From Paraphysomonas bandaiensis (lineage: Eukaryota > Protista > Chrysophyceae): a stretch of DNA of 64,000 nt. Made by a program: the position numbers and the translations under genes. Location of the stretch: NCBI GenBank assembly GCA_965644295.1, contig CBFFRP010000295.1:124001-188000 (forward strand), read 5' to 3'. Within the stretch, counting starts at the first letter, position 1. The number at the start of each line of letters is the position of its first letter. The notes beneath the pieces are model-generated. The model saw only the letters and a program-made list of their open reading frames with translations. It had not been told where the DNA came from and did not search any database. Of the stretch, positions 41,701-54,121 are shown piece after piece.

Positions 41701-43718
41701 CTTTTGTGATGAACCTATATCAGGTGTGTATATATATTCGTATTGATATTTGTACAACAGTATATAAACTTGTAAGCCCAGGACTCAGCTTGAAAGCATC
41801 TACTATTATTGTGAGCAGCTTGCGCGAGTTAGTGAATCAAAACAAAACTGTAATTGTGACAGCCCATGAAGTAATCCGCCTTGTTTATAGCATGTGGTAA
41901 TAGATAGTTTTATATTTGATCAATGCGTATGATGATATAACATGCATGAACAGTGTATATATTGATCTATAATAGTAGGTACTACGTTTTGTGTGTTGTA
42001 GTAGTTTACAGCTTCTCTGAATGTACTAATTATTTCTTCTACAGCCTCCGGACAGTTTTCTGGATGTCGTTGACACTCTAATACTCTTGTCGAAAGGCTA
42101 TATGATATATAACGGTCCGGCTAGTGAGGCGACTGAGTTTTTTACGCAGTCTCCAGAACTTAATCTGAGTAAACATGGCGGGTGTTATAAGAGTAGGATA
42201 GATTTCTTAGCCGATATTTCTGCTTGTTGTGTTACAACGACCAAGGTAATGGCTGGTGATACGAAGTAATGAGCTATGAGACATACGGTGCTATGTACGA
42301 TGTGACACATATGTGAAGTATTGCGAGTAATTACGATCTTGTTTATACGATATACTTCTGTATTGATTTCGCTTTTAGACGTATTATTTATTATTTCATC
42401 TTATAGGCGTACTGATTAATATTCTCTTTCAGGACACAAAACTGGACGCGAAATCGCTATGTACCTACTATCATGATCACCATCGATCCACCAGTTGTGG
42501 TAAGAGTGGTGAGGACATGACCGGAAAACCTATCACAGGATTGCCACTTATCGATATCATACGCAGTGATATATGTGCATTCCGCTTATCGCATCAGTTT
42601 AGGCGAGCTCAGATATTGCTCAGTCGTGCTTGGTTTACCCTATTCCGACGCGAAAAAATGGTAGTCGGGACGTGTTTAAGCATAGTTTACCTGGGCTCTG
42701 TTTTTGGATACATGTTAGGTGAAGCCACGAATGAAGGAATAGAAGTCGCTAGTGTATTTGGCATGGGAAACATGTGCACCTTATTGAGTAATATTCAATT
42801 TGTATATTTTCTTTTCAACAACAATCAGGTGTGCACACTTATCGAATAGTGAAGATCTTCCCGTGTTTATTATGTTGAAAGTTTCCTGTGTGTTTGTCTT
42901 TTCATATTGGATAAGTCGTTTATTACACTAGGTGTTTTTGAGAGAACATTCTAAGGGGCTTTATTCGTGTGGGTTGCATTGGGTAGTAAATGATATCCCT
43001 CTGTTATTTCTTCGTTCTATCCAAGCCATTGCGTATGCGGTTATCATTCACGAGATTTTAGTACTACGAGGGGGAGGTGAGTGCACTGGTTAAATATGTA
43101 CAGATGTATTTTCACCTTATGCGAATCTTTATGTCAACGTATTATAGTGGATATGTAGATTTAGCTTGATGATGTGGTGGTTTTGTTTGTATCCTCGATA
43201 TCGTATCCTCAACATTTTATGTGCCGACAGATGCGGAGTATTTCTTTTATCTTGTGAACTGGATCATGTTTGTTGTGGGAACTCAGCTGATAGAAACAGT
43301 TGTGTACATCCTACCGGACGTACGCACAGCATATCGAATTGTCCCTGCGTTAGCATTTTTTTTATTTTATTTCTCGGGGATCATAGTAAAACCTGACATG
43401 CTGCCTCGGTGGTTGGCTCCATGGCTTCCAAGCGTTTCAGTTATCCGGTGGCTAACGCAGGCACTCTTAATTAATGAGTATCAGTACAATCGGGAAGCTT
43501 TTCCAGAGTTTGGTCCATACCATTGGTCGTCATATGACTTCTCTATGAGCGTTTTTGGATGGGGTGGCAAGACGAAGTGGTATTGTTTGCGCGTTCTCGT
43601 CCTAAACATTATTATTTACAGAGTTGTATACCTCATTGTCTCATTGTACCATGTTGTTCAGCAGAAGGGACTTCGAAGTAAAGTGATCAAGAAAATTGAT
43701 GAAGAAAGAATATTCTAA
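38756..43718 (+). CDS. Full-size ABCG transporter (NBD-TMD-NBD-TMD) with a degenerate NBD1
   Basis: TVVCTAHKP, INPLRWTFEAL, second Walker A GAEKSGKS, FFCDEP and SVIRWLTQALLINEY; multiple GT-AG introns. Confidence 0.9.
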
Positions 43719-44606
43719 ACTGAAAAAATAGTAGTAATGTGGTACCGTGTATTTACCACTACGAATGTGATAATATGTCATCGTTGATATACGGCAGGCA
43801 TACTTAATATTCGATGTTATCTTCTTATATGTGTAGCAATACAGGTCCTGGTATTAATATTGGGCCTTCCATAGGCTATATAGACTCCGAAGAAATAATG
43901 GTAGTAATGGGTATTATCTTACTACGCAAAGCCATAAGCAGCAACATATCAATGGAGAGCATCACATCATGAAATTATGACTCTCGAACATGGTATTTAA
44001 ACTTTTGATCTCCGTAAGAATATTTTTTTATTAGATCTCCGTACTAAGTACATTAGAGAAAGTTATGGAAATAAGAAATACATGAAACAGGAAGTACATG
44101 TGCATACAAGTTAATAACTTGAAGTTATTATATTTAGCATAGACAAAGGGCTACCGCATTATGTATACTGTTCAGATATTATTGCATTGCACTCAACTAT
44201 CTATCCCATATATTTCTTCATATGAAGATACAAGATATAAATGAAGTTGAAATATTATATTTATATAAAGTAGATATAGCAGCTTCTCAAGTGAGAAGAC
44301 ATGAAACGACTATGGATGCTTGAGCATTGAGCATCGCCCTCATGACTAAAATTGCTGATCTTGTCATTCCTGTCCATGTGCACAGGTGATGTAGGGTAGG
44401 AAATAGCCTTCTTACAGCACTCAGCACTTAATTTTATTCTTCAACTCCTACAATCCTAAACTCTCCGCTCTCGTTTCATCTCATACCACAACTTACACTA
44501 CTTCTTCCTTATTCTTGTGCTATAATAACATCCTAAATCACTCATACTTGTCATATACCCAATTTTGCTGTACATAGCATATAATAATCATACTTTCCCA
44601 TCAAAG

Positions 44607-46090
44607 CTACTGTAGAGAGGAATGCATGTTCCACCATTCTTCATTTTCAAAATCACTTGAGTTCGAATTCAAATATTTTTCTATGTCATCATCGATATCT
44701 TCGTTCAGATGTAGACTGTAATCGCCGGATTTGGTGAAATCATCCGAATCCGATATCAGACTTCTTGCTGGTGCACTCGCCAAAGTTTCAGTTTCAGTTT
44801 TGTTTTTGTCTTCGCTAGGTGAATAAGAACCATCTTTACTGTATTTAGTAAAAGGTTTCGAAGGCGACAGTCCATTGCCAATCTTCATGTCATCGATATC
44901 TTCGATCTGAAATATATTCCAATCGACGAATTTGGTGAAATCACCCCGATTCCACATCTGATATGTTGCTGGGCCAGTCGTCAAAGTATCAGTTTTAGTT
45001 TGATTTTTGATTTCGTTAGATGAATAAGAATCATCTTGAATGTATTTAGTAAAGTAAAAAGAATTTAAAGGCGACTGTCCATTGCCAACCTTATTTTCGA
45101 TATTTTCTGTTGTTTTAAAACGTTTATATGTTCTGTTAGATTTATAATTTTCACCGTGAGCCTCTTCTTTATTTGGGCGTTTTTCATGTGGTTTGAACTT
45201 CACAGTTATGGGATTTAATTCTGTATATCCGACACCAGAGCATTGAGTCGGACACAAAATACGGAACACAAATGGGTCACCCTTTCCTGTTAGTGTTTCA
45301 GGTCTAAACTCCATTCTACACTTTCCGTTCACAAATATTCGATGTTTGCTTTGTGTCAATATATTCATAGAGATAATACTTGTGCACTGAACATCACACG
45401 GCCACTCCCCTTCCACGTAATCTCCATTCCTATCTTTGATACTAACATCCACCTTGATGGAGTTCTTCCTAGCTTTCGTATGAAACGTTTCTGAGATTTC
45501 TTTAGCATTTTCAACATGTAGTTTTGCCCATACGACGCGATATGTTTGCAATGATTGACAACACAAGCCGCCATCGGTGGTCATTGCACGAATACGAAAG
45601 CTCTTGCCAATAGTTATTACTTTAATGGAAAAGTCGACATATCCGTCACGAGATATGGTTAAATTTGGCGTCTTTTCCATCTCCTGTATGTATAAGTTAT
45701 ATGAGAGACGAGAGAGGCTCGGTCCATACCAGTTCACAATGCGGATCAGATGCCTCCACAACTGCCACTTTGATGGGCATATTATCATCTCTGATGCACG
45801 CATAACAATCAACAGTGTTGTGTTATAATGATCTACTACACCTGCATATTGGAGTTAAGCCTTTCTCCGTTCTGTTGACGCGACACACTCTGACTGAGAT
45901 CGCCTGACCCGTGAACACCAACTCTTCCCCGTGTGACTCATTTTCAGGTGAACTGATATGCAATTCTTCTGGCATCGTGTATATTAATTAATATCAACTT
46001 TTCTCGGTACACAGTGATAATTATGCACACCATCGCTTTATAATAGCTGTTCTGGTACTGATGATAATTACCCAGAACTGACCAATTCAT
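44607..46090 (-). CDS. Intron-containing gene for a putative beta-sandwich (CudA/STAT-like) DNA-binding protein
   Basis: Three GT-AG introns join MNWSVLEELH.. to the long exon EMEKTPNL..; beta-rich blocks ending FRPETL..FVFRI..NPITVKFKPHEKR; family assignment by eye only. Confidence 0.6.
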
Positions 46091-47289
46091 GGAATTGTCG
46101 TGGAAAGGGTCATCCGTATCTTTAGAAGACACTAAAAATCTACATTTTAGTTTGCTAGTGGGAAAAAGTCGATCCAGCAGAATATGTCAATCCAGCAAAA
46201 AAATCGACCTTTTCTCGTTATTTCTCTGAAATATATTCGTCAAAAAACAACATGCATCAAAAAAGCCTGGATTTTTTTGCTGGATCACAATTCCTTCTGC
46301 TTCATGGTGCTGTACCAATGGTGCAGGAACTGTGAGGCTGTTTCTCTCTAAACAACCAATTTTCATACTCTTTACTAAAAATTACCCATATTTTAAGTAA
46401 ATAGTGCACTTTTTCAAAACCATAGTATGGGAATGAATTGTGGTGGAACTCTGGAATGAGTTGGAAACAAGAACCCTCACATATAGACACCAATCTACAC
46501 CAGGTAACAGTAATTGTGCTACATAATGGAGGAAGGCTAAGTCTTGTTGTTCAAGTGTAAGATGCTCACAAGCATACTAAACAAACATGAGGATATGAGA
46601 AAGAAAAGAAGCATTGATAAAGAATGACGATGGCGAAGCTATCAAATACACCGAGAGAAAAAGATATCTATGTTGTTATGAAGCTTCCCACTGACGCAAC
46701 TGCGGCCTATAATGAAAAAACGAAAATACGTGGCAAAATTATTGCGGAAGGCGAAGTTGAGGCAACCAGCAGTGATCATAATATTGAAGTGAACATCAAA
46801 AATATATGGACCCGGGAGCTATAAAAAGTAATCACAAGCGTGCACACCGTTGGTAGCACCAATATAACTATCCAAGTAGGATATGGCTTGTGCGCTTCCA
46901 TTGAAAACTATAAAACGGATGTAGAAAATAAAAAGCACAAAGGCTTATTTTAATGCTGACGCAATGCCGTGACTTTGGATATACAGGGTTGTAATGTATA
47001 GAGCTTGTCTTGAATATGATTTTTTAGTGTTTGAAAACTATGTGGGCTAGAGAGATGAGTGCAATGCAAGTATCAAGAAAAATGATAGTATAGTTATCAC
47101 TGGCAAAAAGGATATCGTCCCGCGCTCTCCTGAGATTTGAATTTTAGACAAGGGAAGATACCTCTTTACCCTAGATTAAATTGTAGCTTACCCTCATGAT
47201 GTTGAACACCTAATATCTAGATTGTATAGTTATTTGCAGCTTGCTTGCTGTAAGAAGAAACTGGTGTTCCTGATAACATTAAAGAAACT

Positions 47290-47708
47290 GCTGCTTGCTT
47301 CATATTGAAGCACAATCTAATGTTATTATTGTGAGGCTCTTTAGTCGTGCCAAGTTGATTATGACACCTGAGCGCAGAAACATTAACCCATATATATCGT
47401 CTAGAATCGTTGCTATTCCTACGAGCCAATTACATGTTGTGGGATGTTTATACCCTCCATGAAGCCCTGCAAGAAGATCCTGATGTGTCAGTAGAGAGCT
47501 CAGCGAGAAGTAGTTAAAATTTGTAGTATGCTATTTAACTAAAAATTAGTAATTAAGGGAGCACAACACTATCTATCTATTATATGAGTGGTGCTATCTA
47601 CTTTAAGTTAGTAGGTATTAATGGCCATTAATGACCATTATAATTGCTGGGACATTTTTCATTGATGCCATTATAATTCCGGGAAATGGACTACCATTAA
47701 TGGGCCAT
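47290..47708 (+). repeat. hAT transposase 3' remnant plus subterminal region, near-identical to 62518-62937
   Basis: Direct sequence match; encodes the hAT dimerisation-like motif SNV..RLFSRAKLIMTPERR. Confidence 0.9.
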
Positions 47709-48690
47709 TAATGGTTACCAGGCCCTGGTGCAATTGAAGTGATTTAATAATGTAATGGGTGATTATAGTTACAAGGAAGTAAATACAGATACTGTTGTGT
47801 GACTATATATATATAAGATATACGATATATAGGTTACTGGTGAACATATGATAAACAGGTGTTGCTAAGAACAGGTGTTCTCCTGATGTTATATGAATAT
47901 AAATATGTTGTAAAGTGTTTAGATTTTAGATTAATAACTATAATTTCTTACTTGAAAGTGTATCGTGTTCAAAAGCGCAAGGTTCAGGTTTATGTGTAGA
48001 GCAAGGTTAACTTAAGTGAAATGTCCGAGTCGAACAATATAAATATGATATGAGGCACACAATCCTGATAAACACGACGTGACCCAAACAAACCCTGAAA
48101 GAACTGGGGGCAACTGCTCCTAACTCCTAACCATCTATACAGCATCAGATATCGCACTATAACTATCCTGTAATATTCTTGAAATTGTTTCGAAGTCCAC
48201 GTTATGAAGATATATCACTCTCACTGACATCATTATGATATTCCACATCAGACACAGGATGTACGTACTGCAAATGCCAGTCAATCATATCGTAATTAAG
48301 TGAAAGGATAATTAGCAAACGGAATATTGAAGATGGTCTTGTTGAACCTTATTCAGGCCAACAAAGCTTTGTTGTGACAAAATGGGGATAACACCATTAT
48401 GTCGCAAATACCACATATTTTCTTAGTATTCCTACAATAGTAGTTCTCCCTCCTTATAGGTTGCACACCATATAGGGCTCAGGTCGTTTATTTTCAAAAA
48501 ACAAGTGCGTGTATGGGCTAGATATAGATATATAAGTATAGTACAACCGTAACAATCTTAGTGGTGTTCATATACGTAACGGATAGCGAAAGGCCGCGTC
48601 GTATGATAGTAAATTAATTAGATATACTTTATGACTGCCCAAAACATAGGCATGTTATACAAAGGAATTTTATATGACCTCACAAAATCC

Positions 48691-49587
48691 TCAAACAAGG
48701 CGGATCTCGCCACAAGCAACACGTGCACCCGCATTTCCTGCGTATCAGAATTTTATTAGAACTGTTTAGTATACGTGGGGATTATATATACTCATACTAT
48801 ATAAATACTAAATGTATGTAATGCATGCATACCCGTAGTAAGAGAGAGCTCGTGCCCCCCTTTGCCAAGGTCATCTGGGTCGGCATGAACCATCACAGAT
48901 CTTCCTACTACAGTAAATTCTCCGGAGCTGCAACATATGATAAGTCAATAGTCATATATATAGATTGTGACATACAGTCGCACTAAGTGATCTGTGATAC
49001 TGCCCTCAGCGACCCCAGAAGCGTCCGCCTCAATGTTACCAAGGTCACCCGCGTGACGGACCTATACGATATCATTATCAAATATGATTTACATTAAAAT
49101 ACAGTAACAGTTCAATTGCGATACTATTGCCAGTGATGTTCTGACCAAGACTACTTCATGTACAAAGATCCAGTACCTCATCATTAGGGCCACCATGAGT
49201 GTGTCCGTGGGGATTGTAATGAGGGCCAGCAGAAGTACACCCATTAGAAAAATCGGCTAGTTCATGACTGATAATTACAATATGAGAAAATAAGTGTACC
49301 ATGGCGAGATAATCCATACATATGGAATCCATGCAGACCAGGAGAGAGTCCAGTTATGCGATAGTTAATCTTACAAGGGCCATCTCCATCCTGATGTACT
49401 GTTACAGAGATGAAGATGAATATAACGGTCAATACCTGTTCAAAGTGGACAATTCCAGACACGCCAGTGTCTCCCTCACTGCCATCGCAGCTTCTTCCAT
49501 TGGGGCCAACCTCACAAACTAATCGCAATAAAAATTATCCGCATGCATCCCTATGAGTGTAGATAGTATACCAGCTTTGATAGACAT
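48691..49587 (-). CDS. SOD1: Cu/Zn superoxide dismutase, 7 exons
   Basis: The spliced product has [51 protein letters not shown] and [13 protein letters not shown]. Confidence 0.96.
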
Positions 49588-49840
49588 TGATTCGAAGAGA
49601 GAAGTTGTAGTTTCGATGCAAAGGAAGTTATAAATATACTTTAACAATGTGTTGCTGTATGTTTCTTAGTTATGGGAGATCATGTATCTTGTTCTGACTA
49701 TCTGTTTGATGATGTTGGAACAATGGAAGGATGGCGTAGCCCGTCCACCAGAAATTCTTTCGTCTCCGTACAGCGGAAATCAGTGGCCCGGTGTAAATGG
49801 AATACTGTAATCCGTTCTGCACCTCTCTGTACAAGTACAT

Positions 49841-49857
49841 ATATGTATGTATGTATG

Positions 49858-49891
<34 letters not shown>

Positions 49892-50017
49892 TGTATGTAT
49901 GTATGTATGTATGTATGTATGTATGTATGTATGTATGTATGTATGTATGTATGTATGTATGTATGTATGTATGTATGTATGTATGTATGTATGTATGTAT
50001 GTATGTATGTATGTATG
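49841..50017. repeat. (TATG)n array, left part
   Basis: Seen directly. Confidence 0.98.
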
Positions 50018-52307
50018 GACTGCATATGTGAAGCTCCATGGGTTTTTTCCTCATCTAAAAACCCCTAGTGTGAAGCCAAAAGCTTCACATATGCCTCGAA
50101 TACGGACAAATATATAGTAGATAATCATATTCAATGCATATGTGAAGCTTTAGGCTTCACACAAAAACTGGCACTTCTATATAATAAAAATACTATTTTA
50201 CAGGGAAATAGCCACTTTATTAGTTGTAAAACACTGTTAGAATACTCTACTATTCTCCTTGAACATGACAGCCGTTAGTGGCATATCAATATTCGACCAT
50301 ACTTACTGCAAACATGAGTGAGACAGACTCAGACAGGAAGTAAGAGTTACCTCATAGGGGAAGAGGAAGTGGCCGTATACGCCGACAGCCGGTTGTGTCT
50401 GTTGACTCCAATGCTGATAATGTATCTGACTATATGAAGAAACGAACAATAGCAGGAGTGAAATCAGCATACAAGCAAAGGTTGGCCATATTACTGTGTG
50501 GTGTAAAACAGAGTACCCTGAAGCTCTGATGATGATGAAAATTTGAAGATTCCATTCCCGAAAGACATCTGTCTGATTACTTTGGCCATATGTAGAACTC
50601 AGCAAAGGCAATAGATGACTACAAGAAAGACATCAATGAACTGAAGAAGAAAAAACTCAAAAAGAAGAAGGGGTTTAAAGTCCGTTAACAATGAATGACT
50701 GTACGATTTTAGCGACGAAGATGATGTTAATGGTACCATTGCAGGCAGTTGGTCCGATATCTTGTTCATGTGGGAATATTTTGTACTGATGTGGAATTTG
50801 ATGAGTAGATCTGATTCAGTAGCTTCCTTGATGATTTAACTTTTTGACTGGAAAGGTGACTCAATGCTTGTTCAAGACCAAGGACACAAAGCGGACAGGA
50901 AAGTCAGTGACAAAAAAGGGCATCATGCAAGACAATGAATGTAATGTGCAATGGTGGAAAACATTTAACTGACAAGATGGTCAGATTATTCACTTCGTTC
51001 CAAAGGATTGGAGATTTACAGCCAGAATACCATTGATCTGTCTGTATGATTTATGGTTCTATGGAGATAGGGTGAGCTGAATAAGACCATATCGTCTCAT
51101 AAGTCGTCGGTTTGACGTTTGACATACAGATGAGTGATGTTATTGCTTTTACTCGAGCTAGTACAGTGCGTGATGTCATTTGTTAATACTATCGTGAGTG
51201 ATAATGGGCTGCTGCCAGATGGATACAGCAACTTCAATAATGTTCCTGCACGTGCTAATAATGATGAATATATTCTAGTGTGCTGGATATAATTTTGAAT
51301 TTCGTACGTAGCTTGTACAATGAAATCTGCATGTTGAATCGTGTACGGCATTGATAAATGATAGTTCTTTAATTTTAAGTAGTGCATATCAAAAGCTACA
51401 ATTTCTTAGCTACAACAGCACCGTCATCTTGATAACTAGTAAACAACTCTACACGGTATGATCTTATACATACACACATCTTATATACGACAACACCTTC
51501 ATACATACATACATACATACATACATACATACATACATACATACACATCTTATCTACGACATCACCTTAATCTTGATGAATGATATATGTAAACTTCAGT
51601 CATATTTACAGGACACAACAGATCATTACGAGTGATACAGCATTAGGAGTCATATGGTCGACAGGCTCTTCACTGGTTGGGTCGTAAGAGGCGTCCCTGT
51701 ACCACATACATACACTCTCACCACCCCCACAACTCATCCACACTCTCATATTACTCATATGTTATCCTTATAGAGGAAGTCCTCATATGGATGATCACCA
51801 CCAGCTCCACTAACAACATCGTCACAGTCATCTAACGGATACACATGCTTCCACAGCACCATTAATGCAGATACACCATATAAAATAACATACTCAGGAG
51901 CGCATTAGTGGTGAAGGCTTCTGGTTCAGTTATATGACTATTCAGGGTGCTCCATGCGGTCTATGCATGTATGTGTGTGTGGGTGTTCTGTATGTATGTG
52001 TGTGTATCTGCTGCGGTATTATTCATGTGATCATACGAGTCTCTCTCCTCATGAGGAGCACACACCACTATACACCACTATGACCACACACTGTTGATAG
52101 TCCTCACTCGTGTCTGTGAGTAGAGGCAGCAGCAGAGCCTCTGAATCATGTACTCATATATGCATATATCCACATCACATTCACTTCGAAGTGAGCCAGA
52201 GATATACACTCTTATACGCACACGTATACCAATGTATTCCATATACACAGTATACAGAGAATACGTAGCTTCACAGTTGTAGCAAAAAGCTTCACATATG
52301 CACTCAT

Positions 52308-52310
<3 letters not shown>
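50014..52310 (+). mobile_element. Decayed CryptonS-like tyrosine-recombinase DNA transposon
   Basis: Pseudo-ORF blocks FVLMWNLMSRSDSV..DWKGDSMLV..HKAD (~50780-50900) and HFVPKDWRF..LYDLWFYGD..IRPYRL (~50990-51100); TATGG at the left end; 15-bp subterminal inverted repeat TGCATATGTGAAGCT (50021-50035 and 52288-52302). Confidence 0.75.
51500..51544. repeat. Short (CATA)n tract between ~25-bp direct repeats
   Basis: CACATCTTAT(A/C)TACGACA(A/T)CACCTT occurs on both sides. Confidence 0.9.
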
Positions 52311-52339
<29 letters not shown>

Positions 52340-52538
52340 TGTATGTATGTATGTATGTATGTATGTATGTATGTATGTATGTATGTATGTATGTATGTAT
52401 GTATGTATGTATGTATGTATGTATGTATGTATGTATGTATGTATGTATGTATGTATGTATGTATGTATGTATGTATGTATGTATGTATGTAGGTATGTAT
52501 GTATGTATGTATGTATGTATGTATGTATGTATGTATGT
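52308..52538. repeat. (TATG)n array, right part
   Basis: Seen directly. Confidence 0.98.
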
Positions 52539-52599
52539 TGTTTCTAAATATATTACTTTAAAACTTTTCACAATACATGCTGGCTACCTCACTCCACTC

Positions 52600-54121
52600 A
52601 TGCCAGGATATCATCTTCTTCCCCGCCGGAATATCATATCTCGGCCATTAATAAGAAATTTTTGTTTGTGTTTACCCAAAAGATTAATTTTAGTGAGGCA
52701 TGCAGAGAGTGTGGGAAATGTTGATGAGCGCGCCTATGAGACTACTCCAGACTGGGTCATGCCGTTAACTGAAAATGGAAAAGAACAAGCGAGGAGACTG
52801 GGAGTGGAGTTGAAGCAATTATTGAAAGATGGTGAGATATGTAGATAGTGTGTGTATATAGATACATATGTACAGAGATAAAGAAATGTTAGATTTTATA
52901 GAGGTATAATGTGATGAGTTGTGGTGTTGTTGGTGTTTCGTGACGACTAACTTCATCTTATACTAACGCCGCTTCTTGTAGACAAGATATTTATTTATTG
53001 CAGCCCATACAAGCGCTCTAAACAAACTCTGAAACGTGTAATGAAATCGTTCGAGGATGCTGAAATTGTGGATGCAAGAGAAGATCCGAGATTAGTAGGT
53101 GGGTGTAGTGATTCATATTGGTAGTCGCCTAGTTCTGAAATTAGTGCATATAGAGCAACAGTTTGGCAATATTCAAAGACTGGAGTTGATGAGCCTTTTC
53201 AAATCGGACCGAAGCAAATTTGGAAGGTCTCAGTTATATCACCATTGTTATATATGTTCTTATGTTGTGCGTCGATTTATGTATACAGGTTTCACTATTG
53301 TTTTCCTAATGGTACGCAAAAATATTTTCTATTGGCGTGTACTACTGGTGTAAAGTAATATTATTTTCTCCAGGGGAATCTGGATTAGATGTTTATATAC
53401 GTGTCACAGGATTCATATCCACACTTTTCAGGTATGGCTATTATCAAGATTATGAATAGACTGGCTAATATTACTTCTCTTGTGTCACTCGTGTTATATA
53501 TATCGATATAATGTAAGTACTGCCACCTAATGTTATATATAGAGATTGGTCCAAGATTGACCCGGAGGTGTTGAATGACATGACAGTCCTGGTAAGTAAA
53601 TCAGCGCTGGCTATTACTATATATACAAAGAATATCTGTATGCTCATTCTGTGTCTATTTTGTGTTGTGTCTGTGTTTTAACACCCTGTGTGTTAAATTA
53701 ATATCTTTTCTGTGCAGATTATTACCCACGGACTGACTCTACGTCTGGTAAGTGTAGATGTATCGTAGAAGTGGTTCAACCTTGATATTTATTCATAGTT
53801 TTTGATGAGGTGGCTTCATTATAGTGTTGAGGAGGTGAGGCTGCCCACAGTGCATGAATATAGCATATTAAATGTGAACTGCTTTAGTTTGAGGCATCAA
53901 CGAACCCTGGTAACTGTGACTTTGTTTGCCTTGATCGATATGAGACCCAAGACAAGTTCAATCCAGTCAGGTTTAGGTTGTGTGACCATGGGCACGAGCT
54001 GTGCAACCTTCCTCGTAAGGCTGCATACATGAAAAAAGACGGCCGTAAGAACCTGCAGAGGCTTTTACAAGACTCAAAGTGTAGAGATGATGGCTATGAT
54101 TCTGGATCAAGCTCAGATTAG
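52600..54121 (+). CDS. Histidine phosphatase / phosphoglycerate-mutase-like protein (Det1/AT74-like), many small exons
   Basis: LPKRLILVRHAES, LTENGKEQA, CSPYKRSKQT, EDPRLVEQQFGN, FPNGESGLDV and ITHGLTLRL. Confidence 0.88.

Larger units (their letters stand above)
43842..47727. mobile_element. hAT-type element carrying cargo sequence
   Basis: Termini CAGGTCCTGGTA and TACCAGGCCCTG. The 8-bp flanks TAGCAATA and GTGCAATT match at 5/8. A transposase C-terminal remnant and CCATTA subterminal repeats lie at the right end. Confidence 0.6.

Noticed and set aside
51570-52200. LINE 3' end with a (TATG)n tail seeding the microsatellites
   Set aside because: No RT or endonuclease motifs are visible, and the other arrays share no flanking sequence with it.
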